Assembly: GCA_963774265.1 (NCBI GenBank)
Contig: CAVZDU010000007.1
Coordinates: 96,001 to 160,000, forward strand
DNA length: 64,000 nucleotides
DNA from: an uncultured Chloroflexia bacterium
GTDB lineage: Bacteria; Chloroflexota; Anaerolineae; CG2-30-64-16
Direction of reading: 5' to 3'
In this document: positions 51,632 through 61,505 of the stretch, one piece after another
Layout: the number at the start of each line of letters is the position of its first letter
Numbering within the stretch: position 1 is the first letter of the stretch
Made by a program: the position numbers and the translations under genes
Notes under the pieces: generated by a model
The model's database searches: none
The model's input: only the letters and a program-made list of their open reading frames with translations
Told to the model about the DNA's origin: nothing

Positions 51632-52632
51632 CCCGCGGCTGCGGTCAGTTCCATCATGCCTCGCACTGCTGCGCCTACTAACGCGGCTCTCGGATGCATG
51701 ATGAGTTGGACGGGCACCTGTGACAGCACATCAGAGAAGCGGCCTTTCTCGCGGAATGCTTGCGTGAAGTGCTCGTTGTGATCCAGCCGCTTGACGATGC
51801 GCGGGGGAATGCCACCACCGATGAACACGCCGCCGGTTGCAAGCACCTTGAGCGCCAGGTTGCCGGCTTCCGATGCGAGTATAGAGATGAATACGTCCAA
51901 AGTGAGTTCGCACAGCGGGCATCGTCGCTCGGTGTCCAATCCAGCGTTCACGATGGTGGGTGTCGGGTCCTTCACGAGATCCAGTTGCTCGCGCAGCCAC
52001 GCAGGTTCCTCCGCGGCGCCGCTGGCACGCAAATAGTCGTAGATATTGGGGATGCCGATGCCTGAGCAGACCCGTTCGAAGCTGACGTGACCCATCTTGC
52101 CCATCAGATAACTTAGCATGTTGATCTGCAGCTCATCGATGGGCGCAAAGCTGGCATGTCCGCCCTCGGATGCTTGCGCACGGTACTTTGTGCCGTCCCA
52201 GGCCAGGAACGCCTCGCCCAGCCCCGTGCCAGGTGCGATAACCGCAATGGCGCCGCCGGGCACGGCTGAACCCGGGATGAGCGTGTGAATGTCCTCGGCT
52301 GCCAGATGGGGCACCGAGTTGGCAATGGCATCCAGGTCGTTGATGAGCACTGCCCGTCGCACACCCAGTGTATCGGCAAGATGTTGCTCGTCCATCACCC
52401 ATGGTAGGTTGGTGATCTCTGCGCGGCCCTGGATGACCGGGCCTGCAACGCCAAAGACCGCTCCTTCAATGGGCAGATTCACTTCGGCCAGGAATGACAG
52501 GGCAATGTCTTCCAGGCTATCGTATTCAGCGCTGCGATAGGTCTTCTCGACCAGGGGCCGCCGCGCACCAACATCCGCCGAAAAAACGCCCAAGACCGTC
52601 TTCGTGCCGCCGATGTCGCCTGCCAGGAGCAT
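51628..52632 (-). CDS. glk: glucokinase
   Basis: GDIGGTKT, ITNLPW, IND, PGTGLG, SEGGH, FREKGRF. Confidence 0.92.
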   Translation of the reverse strand: MLLAGDIGGTKTVLGVFSADVGARRPLVEKTYRSAEYDSLEDIALSFLAEVNLPIEGAVFGVAGPVIQGRAEITNLPWVMDEQHLADTLGVRRAVLINDLDAIANSVPHLAAEDIHTLIPGSAVPGGAIAVIAPGTGLGEAFLAWDGTKYRAQASEGGHASFAPIDELQINMLSYLMGKMGHVSFERVCSGIGIPNIYDYLRASGAAEEPAWLREQLDLVKDPTPTIVNAGLDTERRCPLCELTLDVFISILASEAGNLALKVLATGGVFIGGGIPPRIVKRLDHNEHFTQAFREKGRFSDVLSQVPVQLIMHPRAALVGAAVRGMMELTAAAG

Positions 52633-52851
52633 AACGCCCTCCCTCACAAATGGCTGAAATGATGGATAATCGTACCACGCCTCTGCGGTCGCGACAACAA
52701 ACGGAGCAGGCCGATCAACAACCCGATCGATGTGCTGCTTGACTTCCTGTCTCAGTGGTGTACCATCTTGCTATCTGAAAGAAGCGCGCCGCCATCCATC
52801 TGATACACCATTGCAGGATCGGCTCCGTCAGGAGAAATATAGGGAGGGCAC

Positions 52852-53496
52852 ATGCTCGTGCTTGACTTGAAGAAGCAATACAAGCACTTTTATCAACCGC
52901 CGGCAGGCAAGGTGCAGGTCGTGGATATGCCGGAGTTACAGTTCCTGATGATCGATGGTGCGATCGAGCCCGGGCAGGAACCCGGGACGTCGCCCGGCTT
53001 CGAACAGGTTATGGGCGCCCTATACGGCGCGGCATACACCCTGAAATTCATGTTCAAGAAGCGCAACCAGGACCCGGTTGACTATCCGGTGATGGCGCTG
53101 GAAGGCTTGTGGCGCATCGAGTCTGGCGAATTCGATATTAGTGTCAAGGACAACTGGGGCTACACCCTGATGATCCTCGTCCCTGATGTGGTGGGACCCG
53201 ATGATTTTCTGGCTGCAATCGCGCAGCTCGACAAGAAGAAACCCAATCCGGCAAACGCGCGCTTGCGGCTGGAGCGGTTTCGGGAGGGCCTGTGCGTGCA
53301 GGCATTGCACGTCGGGCCATATGCCACCGAGCCCGCAACGCTGGAGAAGATGCACTTGTTTGCGCAGGCGAACGGCTACCGGGTGCGCCAGGGTCACCAT
53401 GAGATCTACATGGGTGACCCGCGCCAAGCCGACCCGAGCAAGCTGAAGACCGTGTTGCGATATCCGATTGAGCCGGAAACCAGCATCGCGCGGTAA
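52852..53496 (+). CDS. GyrI-like small-molecule-binding protein
   Basis: LEGLW, LHVGPY, HHEIY, LKTVLR.P. Confidence 0.82.
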   Translation: MLVLDLKKQYKHFYQPPAGKVQVVDMPELQFLMIDGAIEPGQEPGTSPGFEQVMGALYGAAYTLKFMFKKRNQDPVDYPVMALEGLWRIESGEFDISVKDNWGYTLMILVPDVVGPDDFLAAIAQLDKKKPNPANARLRLERFREGLCVQALHVGPYATEPATLEKMHLFAQANGYRVRQGHHEIYMGDPRQADPSKLKTVLRYPIEPETSIAR

Positions 53497-53566
53497 GCCT
53501 CAACCTCACCCCGCAGGCTCGACTCCCTCCTGTTACTCATGAGGGAGTCGCTGCTTAAGATCCCCC

Positions 53567-53621
53567 TTGACAATGCTCGATCATGGGCGCATACTTGTCA
53601 GTGTAATACAAGTATACTACA
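53567..53621 (+). promoter_or_regulatory. promoter plus palindromic operator
   Basis: TTGACA-N17-CATACT followed by TGTAATA-N6-TACTACA (53602-53621). Confidence 0.6.
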
Positions 53622-53656
53622 AGGACTGTGCAAGGTCACAGGACGGAGATTAAGCT

Positions 53657-54346
53657 ATGGAAATCGCTCCGGGGATTCATAGTTTGGGGCAGACGAAAGG
53701 CGCGTATGTGCACGCGTACCTGGTCGACACGGGAAATGGACTTCTCCTGATCGACACTCTCTACGACACGGACGCCCGGCAGATCCTGGCTCTCATCGAA
53801 AAACTTGGGCGCACGGCCAAAGACCTCCAGCATATCGTCATGACTCACGCCCACCGTTCGCACTTGGGCGGTCTAGCGCTTCTTAAGGCGCTGAGTGGAG
53901 CACCGGTGTACGCTCACGAGTGGGAATCCGATCTGATATCGGGCGACCGGTCGGCACAGCAGGTGTCGTGGCGGCCCCAACCTGCCTATCGCACCTACAT
54001 TTATCAGGTCGCCAATAACCTAAACCTCACGCATCACCCACCTGCTGATGTGGACCACTTCATTCATGAAGGTGATCGGGTAGGGCCTTTGCACGTAATG
54101 CACACGCCGGGTCATTCACCCGGTCATCTCGCGTTTTATTGGCCCGAGCGCCGCGTTCTGTTCTCAGGGGATGCCATTGTGGCGTGGCCGCGGTTCGAAT
54201 TGGGGTGGCCTGGCTTCCTCCTCAACAAACGCGCCCATCAAAAGTCACTTCGCAAAATGGCGGAACTAGATACCGAGCTCTTGTGCACGGGACACGGCGA
54301 ACCGATCACGAGAGATGCTGCAGCACGTATTCGTGAGGCATTGTGA
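53657..54346 (+). CDS. MBL-fold metallo-hydrolase
   Basis: THAHRSH (variant of HxHxDH), TPGHSPGH, SGDA, GHG. Confidence 0.88.
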   Translation: MEIAPGIHSLGQTKGAYVHAYLVDTGNGLLLIDTLYDTDARQILALIEKLGRTAKDLQHIVMTHAHRSHLGGLALLKALSGAPVYAHEWESDLISGDRSAQQVSWRPQPAYRTYIYQVANNLNLTHHPPADVDHFIHEGDRVGPLHVMHTPGHSPGHLAFYWPERRVLFSGDAIVAWPRFELGWPGFLLNKRAHQKSLRKMAELDTELLCTGHGEPITRDAAARIREAL

Positions 54347-54360
54347 GAGGGTAGACACAA

Positions 54361-55203
54361 ATGGTTTCGATACCACGATCGTTGCGTCTTTGGGGATTGA
54401 TCGGCGCCGCTGTCGCTGCGGCCTTCTCAATCTGGATGTTCTTTTTCCCGCAGTTCATCCCGATTCACTTCGCCTGGACCGTCGAACCGCGTATGGCGCA
54501 GGCATTCATCGGAGCCGGCTACCTGTTTCGCACCTATTTCTTCCTGTTGTTTGTGTTCGCAACCGACTGGCGCCTCCTGCGCTGGTCATATCACGGCAAC
54601 CTCCTTTTCACCGGCGCGCTCCTGTTGGCAACGCTTTGGCACGCCCAGGAGATGCATTGGCGCAGTCTGGTGGGCCACCTCTGGATTGTTTTCTATACCA
54701 TGGAGCCGGTCGTTATGCATTTCGCCATCCCGCGCGGAGAAGCGGACCGGGGGACCCCCACCACTGCCGGCGGGCCGATTCTGCCCTGGTTCCGACGCTT
54801 TTTGATCGTTGAGGTGGCTGTCACCGGCCTGTTCGGCCTGGCGTTGATCATCAATCCTGAATGGCTGAATGCTCGATGGCCGTGGGAACTCAATCCATTC
54901 GATGCAAGAATCGTGTCAGCGTGGTGGGTGGGTTGGGCCGGCTGGGCGGCCGCGATGGCTCAAGCGCATGACTGGGGCGAAGTCCGTCTCGCGGCGATCG
55001 GTAACCTGATCTTCGGTGCTGCCCTCACTGTGGTGAATTTCGTTTTCATCCGAGACTTCAACCATGCACATCCAACCGTTTGGGCATACATCATTGGGGT
55101 CATGATTTTGACGGTTGGGATGGCCTTCTTCTTCTGGCAGCAGGAGAGACGGCGACCCACGCACGGCGCGGCAGCGCCGCGAAGCCTGCTGCCGCCGCGT
55201 TGA
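54361..55203 (+). CDS. integral membrane protein with two-fold internal repeat
   Basis: About 8 TM segments; F.W...P..A / WPW.L.P..A repeats. Confidence 0.7.
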   Translation: MVSIPRSLRLWGLIGAAVAAAFSIWMFFFPQFIPIHFAWTVEPRMAQAFIGAGYLFRTYFFLLFVFATDWRLLRWSYHGNLLFTGALLLATLWHAQEMHWRSLVGHLWIVFYTMEPVVMHFAIPRGEADRGTPTTAGGPILPWFRRFLIVEVAVTGLFGLALIINPEWLNARWPWELNPFDARIVSAWWVGWAGWAAAMAQAHDWGEVRLAAIGNLIFGAALTVVNFVFIRDFNHAHPTVWAYIIGVMILTVGMAFFFWQQERRRPTHGAAAPRSLLPPR

Positions 55204-55215
55204 GTTGATGAGGTT

Positions 55216-56907
55216 CTAACCTGCACCGCTCCCTCCGCCGCCGCCTGCGCCACCACCGCCCGCGCCCCCAGCCCCACTGGAACCGACGGACTGCGCTGCA
55301 GACGTCATGGCGATGAACGACGCAACGCCTCCATCTCCCGCATCGGCCACGGCTCGAAACCAGGTGGGGATCTCGGCCCCGCCGCGCTTCTGGAACGCCT
55401 TTGCCCATCCTTCCGCAAGGCCGAACGCGGTCGCGTACGGCAGGTAGCTGTCGAAAAGCTTCAAATCCCACGCGGGTTCGCGACCCTTCACCACATCTTT
55501 AAGGTATTTCTGGAATCCTTTCCACCTTGCCGCCTCCCGCTCACCCTCGTCAGAGAGAGGTGAGTAGGCGGCTGCCAGGATAAACGCGGCGATGCCCATC
55601 AGGAAGACAACTGCGACCAGCAGGAACGGCCAGCCGCCTACTCGTGGCATGAAAACCACACCCAACGCGCCGAGCGGAATGATCGTAAGCAGCAGCCCCA
55701 CCCCAATAAGCATGAATCGTTTGGCAGTCGCCTGACGCTCGGGATCGATCAATCGTGCCGCCAAAAGCTCCTCAGTCAGCGGCTGCGAGAAGCGACTTAG
55801 CTTGGTGGTCAGCCGCGTGCCTACATCAGACAACTTGATCGTATTTGTTCGGCCTGCCTTCTGCATGAACAGGAGGTCAAGGAGCCCTTGCTCGTGGGGC
55901 CGCAGATCACGCGGCGCGGGATCCACCAACCGCACGCTAAACTCGTGCGGGCGATACCAGTGCTTTTCGAGGGACTCTTCGATGACAAGGACACCGCGTT
56001 GAGCGAGACTAAACAGGGCGCCCAGAGCTTGGGTCGCGCCGGGCTTTGCATCTGCCGCCACCAGGGTGCCTGCGATTGCGGACGGCGTTTGATCGGGTAG
56101 AACGGAGGATCGCAGCGCGGCGGAGCCGAGAGCCGTCTCAGGCCGCCGCCCCCGTGCCCATACCGCCCACAATGCCGCAATGCCGGCCGCCAGCAGCGCC
56201 CCTGCCGCAACCAGGAAACCCGGCATGGCTTCCTGAGCCGCCGCGGCACGCGTCTGCCACACGGGCGGGGCGGCGATCAGTGAGCCGCTGGGGAAGGGCA
56301 GTGCCACGGTCAAAGGAGTTTTTGACTTGATATCCCGCGTGCTCCAGGTCACCTGGCCAGCCCCTTGGGTTACCTGTGCAGCGCCCCGGCGCACCTCAGG
56401 CGGGCCGCTGGGCTGAAGGCCGGGTGGGAAAGTGAGGCGCACGGTGGTTGACGCGATGTCGTATTCGTAGTCGGTGGGCAATGCGTTCCACCAAAACAGG
56501 TCCGCGTGCCCCTCCGACCGGATCACGCCGAAGATGTTATACCTGAGCTGGAACGTGTGATTGGAATCTGAGGTAGGTGCGAAATGCCAGGTCACTTTGA
56601 TGGGGTTGTCCCCGTCGATCTCCACCTGGCCAGCTTGCGTTCCTTGCGCCAAGGGCTGCCCATCCAGGCTGGCCTCGATGCCCCAGATGCCGTCGGAGTA
56701 GTCTGTTGGCAGATCACGATAGACATAGGTGAACGGTCCACCCTCGAATCTAAAAACGACTGTCTCGGTGACTTCGAGAAGGCCACTCTCCGTCAGGTTC
56801 CAGTCGACATCGAACCGTTCTGCGGAATAGCTCTTCGCCGCCCCAACTGAGAGGGGGACTGCACAGAGCAAAAGCACAGCCAACCACAGGAATAGTCGCT
56901 TGAACAT
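55216..56907 (-). CDS. DUF2207 membrane protein
   Basis: LEVTET, YLPYA.AFG, C-terminal glycine-rich tail. Confidence 0.85.
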   Translation of the reverse strand: MFKRLFLWLAVLLLCAVPLSVGAAKSYSAERFDVDWNLTESGLLEVTETVVFRFEGGPFTYVYRDLPTDYSDGIWGIEASLDGQPLAQGTQAGQVEIDGDNPIKVTWHFAPTSDSNHTFQLRYNIFGVIRSEGHADLFWWNALPTDYEYDIASTTVRLTFPPGLQPSGPPEVRRGAAQVTQGAGQVTWSTRDIKSKTPLTVALPFPSGSLIAAPPVWQTRAAAAQEAMPGFLVAAGALLAAGIAALWAVWARGRRPETALGSAALRSSVLPDQTPSAIAGTLVAADAKPGATQALGALFSLAQRGVLVIEESLEKHWYRPHEFSVRLVDPAPRDLRPHEQGLLDLLFMQKAGRTNTIKLSDVGTRLTTKLSRFSQPLTEELLAARLIDPERQATAKRFMLIGVGLLLTIIPLGALGVVFMPRVGGWPFLLVAVVFLMGIAAFILAAAYSPLSDEGEREAARWKGFQKYLKDVVKGREPAWDLKLFDSYLPYATAFGLAEGWAKAFQKRGGAEIPTWFRAVADAGDGGVASFIAMTSAAQSVGSSGAGGAGGGGAGGGGGSGAG

Positions 56908-57066
56908 GGGGTCCTCCTCTTAGCGAGTTGTCCAACCGACCTCATTATAGCGCCTGGGTTCGTCATATGATATGACGAAGGACATCCCTCAGCATACTTG
57001 AACCGCGTGCGACCCTCTGGTGAGAATAATTAGCTTTCTTGATGAACCGCGCGTCTTTCGTCTAGC

Positions 57067-58368
57067 CAGGGTGATTTCATAGTGCGGGTGCGCCGAATAA
57101 ATGCAGGGCGCGTTGCGGATGGGCTGCGTAGCAACGGGTGGCGGCGGCGAGATTGCTCCAACCGTGGAAGCGCAGGGTGGAGATGACGGCATTGCGAATG
57201 GCCGCCAGGGCCTGGGCCGCGGTGCCGGTATGCACTTGACAGCGATCTTCACCGAAGGTCCCGTCCCGCACGTAGTGCAGGCGATTCTCGATGGTCCAGT
57301 GGCCGCGCCAGACCTGCTCCAACTGGTCCGGACCCGCCCAGGCGGCCGGCAAACTGGTCAACCCATAAGTGACCTCGGTTTCGTATTTGCCGGTGCGCTC
57401 GTGAATGCGGCGGCAAGTGCGCCGCAGCACTTGGGCTACGCCTGGCCAAGTCAGATATGCATTCAGGGCCGTGGTCGTGACCAGTGTCCGCCGCTCCCAG
57501 CGCCCATGCGCCTTGTCGGTCGTACGGTGGGACGCGCACTCGCCCGATTGGCGCGGCAGCGGTGGTTCGTCAAAGACCAACTGGGCGGCCCAGTAGAGCG
57601 TCGGCTGATTCTTCTTGAGGATCATCAGGTAGTGGCCCCCCTGATCCAGGATTTGTTGGGCGAGGTGGCGCTGCGTCAGCAGGGCATCCATCGTGGTGAT
57701 GGTGCCGGTCAGATCGCGACCGGCCAACAAGATCGGAACGGCCGTGATCTCATTGGTTTTGACATCCACGGCCGCTTGGCCCAGGACATAGGCGCTCTCA
57801 TGGCGCACGAGACTGACCAGAAAGGTATGCTGCCCGTGGGCGCTGGCCCCGCGCACATCCTTGCCGTCGACCGCCTGGGCGCGCAGCACCTGACCCTGGC
57901 GGAGCCGAATGGCGCCGCAGGTGACATCCGCCTGATCGAGCGCCTGATGGTACGCCGCCACTTGCTGCTCCAGGCTGTACATGTCGATGTGGGCCACCAA
58001 CCGCCGCCAGGTCGCCGCACTGGGCAGGCGGGGACAGGCCGGCTGCAGGGTGGTCAACAGCTCGCTGCGCTGGTCACGCGCCCAACCGACCATCGCCAGC
58101 ACGCTCGTTTGGCCGGCTGCCATTGCCGCCGCCAGCAACGCCAACAGATACGTCCAGGCAAAGCGGCGGCCGCGGGTACAGCGAAAGTCAGGAACTTGGC
58201 TCAGGTAGGCCAGCAAGGTAGACTGCAGTGGATCCATCGGGACGAACCTCCTTGTGATTGCTGTCACTGAGATTCTAACCGATGGATCCTTGCCTGGCCC
58301 ACGTGTGGATGCCGAATTGCCACAAGCGCTGCTACCTGCCGCCTCGGCCGCAACATGACTTCGCCCTG
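57067..58368 (-). mobile_element. ISAs1 family insertion sequence, 1302 bp
   Basis: Terminal IRs CAGGGTGATTTCAT / CAGGGCGAAGTCAT; 9-bp TSD TCGTCTAGC (57058-57066 and 58369-58377). Confidence 0.92.
57077..58237 (-). CDS. ISAs1 family transposase
   Basis: VDGK, KTNEI, TMDA, LKKNQ, HGR.E.R, HWTIENRLH..RD..F.ED. Confidence 0.93.
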   Translation of the reverse strand: MDPLQSTLLAYLSQVPDFRCTRGRRFAWTYLLALLAAAMAAGQTSVLAMVGWARDQRSELLTTLQPACPRLPSAATWRRLVAHIDMYSLEQQVAAYHQALDQADVTCGAIRLRQGQVLRAQAVDGKDVRGASAHGQHTFLVSLVRHESAYVLGQAAVDVKTNEITAVPILLAGRDLTGTITTMDALLTQRHLAQQILDQGGHYLMILKKNQPTLYWAAQLVFDEPPLPRQSGECASHRTTDKAHGRWERRTLVTTTALNAYLTWPGVAQVLRRTCRRIHERTGKYETEVTYGLTSLPAAWAGPDQLEQVWRGHWTIENRLHYVRDGTFGEDRCQVHTGTAAQALAAIRNAVISTLRFHGWSNLAAATRCYAAHPQRALHLFGAPAL

Positions 58369-58386
58369 TCGTCTAGCGAAAACGTC

Positions 58387-58415
58387 TTGATTTCTAGCTG
58401 CGGCAGGAATATAAT
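58387..58415 (+). promoter_or_regulatory. sigma70 promoter of the LysM gene
   Basis: TTGATT-N17-TATAAT. Confidence 0.65.
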
Positions 58416-58452
58416 GAAACTCGGTAGCCATTCAAAGAGGGAGGATCGTTCG

Positions 58453-58899
58453 ATGAGACGCGTCTATGGTTTGCTCACCGTCGTCGCGGTCGTTGCCATG
58501 TTGCTCGTCGCTGTACCTGCTTCTGCGGCCCCGGCATCCTCTGCCGGCGGATCAGGATGCGACCAGTTCTACACGTTCCGGAGGGGCGATACGCTTTTCC
58601 GCATTGCCACGCACTTTGGCACCTCGGCTTGGGCGCTCGCCAACTTGAACGGCATCCACAACCCCGACCGAATTTACGCGGGCCAGACTATTTGCGTGCG
58701 GGCCGGCGGCATGCATGATGGCGGCGACCATCAAGGCGGAAAGCCGCATGAATCCAGGTACACAGTCAAGTGCGGAGACACGCTCTACTCCATCGCCAGG
58801 CGGTTCGGCGTGAGCGTGGATGCGCTGGCCAGGATCAACCACATTTGGAACCCGGACCGGATTTACGCGGGCCAGGTGATCCTGATTCCCCGCCGCTAG
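58453..58899 (+). CDS. secreted protein with two LysM domains
   Basis: Signal peptide; two YT...GDTL..IA..FG...LA..N.I.NPDRIYAGQ repeats. Confidence 0.92.
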   Translation: MRRVYGLLTVVAVVAMLLVAVPASAAPASSAGGSGCDQFYTFRRGDTLFRIATHFGTSAWALANLNGIHNPDRIYAGQTICVRAGGMHDGGDHQGGKPHESRYTVKCGDTLYSIARRFGVSVDALARINHIWNPDRIYAGQVILIPRR

Positions 58900-58997
58900 A
58901 CGCGTGCCCGTGACAAAGCAGATTTTCTGCTGAATCCATCGTATCCTCCGGTTGTAGGGCTGCGACAGAATCAGCGCAGCGATCAACAACCGGAGGA

Positions 58998-59915
58998 TTA
59001 TGATGCCTCCGCGCTGAGCGCCTCCGCGATCCGGAAAAACCCCGGCGGCACAGCGCCGCCATCCTCGATGTCCCAACACGCCGACAATAGGGTTGCAACG
59101 AATGCACACGCGGCCAGTCGCTGGCGGTCGAGCGCGAGGTGATCGGCCAGCAGGTCAAGACGCCGGGCAGTCACTCGCCGAATGTCAGGCCACGATAGCA
59201 CCCGGGGCACTGGGTTATAAACAAGCGGACCCACCTCGAACGCGGGCTCTGCTGCTACGCCCTTCGGGTCGATCGCCAGCCATGGCTCACGTTCTGCTTG
59301 GAGGATGTTCCAGTGATGGAAGTCGCCGTGGATGAGCGTAGGTGGCGGTTGTGAGGCAAGGAGGTCGGCCAGCAAGTCGTTGGAGCGGGCAACAAGCAGC
59401 GCAGGCAGTGCATTGCCTCTTGGAGGGCTTTGCTCTGCATACCGCCGCAGGCTGCGTGTCCATCGTCGCAAATCGGGGAATGGGTGGCCGGCGCTCAAGG
59501 GGCGCCACAGACGGCGCATGACATCTGCAGCAATCATCGTGGCAGCATCGTCATCGCCTAAGTGCGCCAGGGGCATGCCTGGCCGTACTCGCTCCATCAG
59601 AAGAATGCCGTCCGTGGCATCCGCATCGAACAACTGCACCGCGCCTGCACCGTCATAATACCGCAGCGCCTCGATCTCGGTCGTCAACTCCGGGTTTGGC
59701 ACGCCGAGCTTGAGCACCGCCTCGGCGCCGTTGGGTAGCCGAACCGGCGCCACATAGTTGTAGGACAGGGAAAACGCGGGCAGCACCCGCAACCCCCAAC
59801 GCTCCTCACACTCGGTGATCAGCGCCGGAAGCCGCTTCAAAAAAACGGGCCCGGCCTCCGGCCAAGCCCCTGTGACTGTGGCTGTGAACGCTTGGGGTAG
59901 TGTAGACAGGCGCAT
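58998..59915 (-). CDS. aminoglycoside/hydroxyurea resistance kinase family (APH(6)-like)
   Basis: AVLKL, HGDFHHWNIL, AIDPKG. Confidence 0.85.
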   Translation of the reverse strand: MRLSTLPQAFTATVTGAWPEAGPVFLKRLPALITECEERWGLRVLPAFSLSYNYVAPVRLPNGAEAVLKLGVPNPELTTEIEALRYYDGAGAVQLFDADATDGILLMERVRPGMPLAHLGDDDAATMIAADVMRRLWRPLSAGHPFPDLRRWTRSLRRYAEQSPPRGNALPALLVARSNDLLADLLASQPPPTLIHGDFHHWNILQAEREPWLAIDPKGVAAEPAFEVGPLVYNPVPRVLSWPDIRRVTARRLDLLADHLALDRQRLAACAFVATLLSACWDIEDGGAVPPGFFRIAEALSAEAS

Positions 59916-59916
59916 A

Positions 59917-60660
59917 CTAGCAGACGATAAGGTCGTCGATCCGCAATTCGATGCCATCCGATGGGAGTTGGATCACAAGGCGATGCTTCCCAGGAGGAAT
60001 GCCAGGAAGGGAGAAGGCGCCAAGATCATCCACCGATGCGATGGATGTGATTGCTTTCCCTATCTCGATTCTTGCAGTCACGCCGGCGAAATCCGAGGCG
60101 CCTGCGATCGATCCAACGATCTGGCGCGTGTTTCGGCCCAGTCGCTCAGACCGATTCTTGAGTGTCACCAGGACATGCTCGGCATCATATACCAGCGGTG
60201 CATCGCCTGCGGAGGGAGCGTCTCCGCGCAAGGCAGGTGCAAGCATCCCCGCACCGCGGTCCAGTGTCAAGCTAGACAAGCGCGCATGCACGGTGCGCAG
60301 CATCCCAACACCGTCTATTACTCCGCCGCAGTCACTTGATCGGGCGAGGTCCGCCACAAACGCGTCGAGCGCGGCCAACTCCGCTCGACATGTCGGGCAG
60401 TACGGCAGGTGTGCTGACACCTCGCTTGCCCGCTCTTCGGTGAGCAGGCCCAGGCGAAATTCGCCCAGTTCGAGAGACCGAGGGCAGCCGGTGCGGTAGA
60501 GCAGAGCCTGTAACATGAGTTGCTCGCGTACAAGGGCGTTAGCCCGCGCCCGGCACGTTGGGCAAGCTGACAGATGATTCACAATCTCGACGCTCGTTAA
60601 CTCATCCGCATAGGCGAGAAGCTCAAAATCGTCTGGCGTGGCAGGGCCTATGCAGGGCAC
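59917..60660 (-). CDS. putative anti-sigma factor with two zinc-finger (HxxxCxxC) motifs
   Basis: HLSACPTC and HLPYCPTC; directly downstream of the ECF sigma gene. Confidence 0.7.
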   Translation of the reverse strand: MPCIGPATPDDFELLAYADELTSVEIVNHLSACPTCRARANALVREQLMLQALLYRTGCPRSLELGEFRLGLLTEERASEVSAHLPYCPTCRAELAALDAFVADLARSSDCGGVIDGVGMLRTVHARLSSLTLDRGAGMLAPALRGDAPSAGDAPLVYDAEHVLVTLKNRSERLGRNTRQIVGSIAGASDFAGVTARIEIGKAITSIASVDDLGAFSLPGIPPGKHRLVIQLPSDGIELRIDDLIVC

Positions 60661-60726
60661 GTCTGATTCCTTTCCATTGCGCTTGATTCGGCGATCTACC
60701 TGACTTAACGTCTGGACAGCGTGTTT

Positions 60727-61419
60727 TCAGGCATACGGAGCCAGGTATTTCCGAAGCGTGCTGTCTCGCCGCAGCCGCTCCAATACGTTTTGTTTGGTGC
60801 GATAGACTTCCTGCACGGTGGCAAATGTGCCAGGGAAAGCGGGCGGGATCTCCGCAGGTTTCATCGCCAGCCCGAAGCAAGCGTGGAGCACCACGCGCTC
60901 CTTCTCGTTCTGCAGCCGCCCATCGACAGCCTGCCAGAATTCGGTACGCTCCGCATCGGAGAGCGGCGAGTCGAGCGCTTGGGGCTCGTATGGCGGCGAG
61001 TCTTCGTCTCTGCCGTCCAGGGATACTGTCTGTTGGGTGAGTCGTAAGTGGTCGACGATGCTCGAGTGGACGCACAACTGGAGGTAGCGCAACAGCGCTT
61101 TGAGATCGGGAAAGCGTCCGAACCGTGCGGGTGGAATCGCCATCCAGAGCTTGCTGAACGCGTCATTTACAAAGTACGAGGCGTCCTCTTCAGAACGTGC
61201 GAAGCCTGAGTGCCGATGGACCCAATGATCCACGAGACCGCTGTAGTTGCTCACCAAAAGTTCGAACGCGTCGGAATCCCGTCGCTCCAGCGAACGGCGG
61301 AACAACTCATAGCAGAAGCGAGTGTCGTGAGCGAGGCGGTGAAAGAAGCGCTCTGTCTCCTCACGGCAGCGGCGCACAACCTCAGCCAGCGACGCCGGCA
61401 TCTCAGGTTCGTGCGACAT
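60727..61419 (-). CDS. ECF-type RNA polymerase sigma factor
   Basis: Region 2 (AF..L...Y...V..W, DAF.KLW, L.RYL...V...I.D..R); region 4 (ER.V....F....KP.EI). Confidence 0.8.
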   Translation of the reverse strand: MSHEPEMPASLAEVVRRCREETERFFHRLAHDTRFCYELFRRSLERRDSDAFELLVSNYSGLVDHWVHRHSGFARSEEDASYFVNDAFSKLWMAIPPARFGRFPDLKALLRYLQLCVHSSIVDHLRLTQQTVSLDGRDEDSPPYEPQALDSPLSDAERTEFWQAVDGRLQNEKERVVLHACFGLAMKPAEIPPAFPGTFATVQEVYRTKQNVLERLRRDSTLRKYLAPYA

Positions 61420-61461
61420 AGCAAATCTCCAGACCGATGTGCGCGACAACAGTTGGACGTT

Positions 61462-61490
61462 AGTATAAGGATGAGCCAGCGCTAAGTCAA
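61462..61490 (-). promoter_or_regulatory. sigma70 promoter of the ECF unit
   Basis: TTGACT-N17-TATACT. Confidence 0.65.
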
Positions 61491-61505
61491 CCGGCCTATT
61501 GAATC

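Noticed and set aside
58998-59915. Bona fide streptomycin resistance gene
   Set aside because: Only family-level motifs; substrate cannot be inferred from sequence
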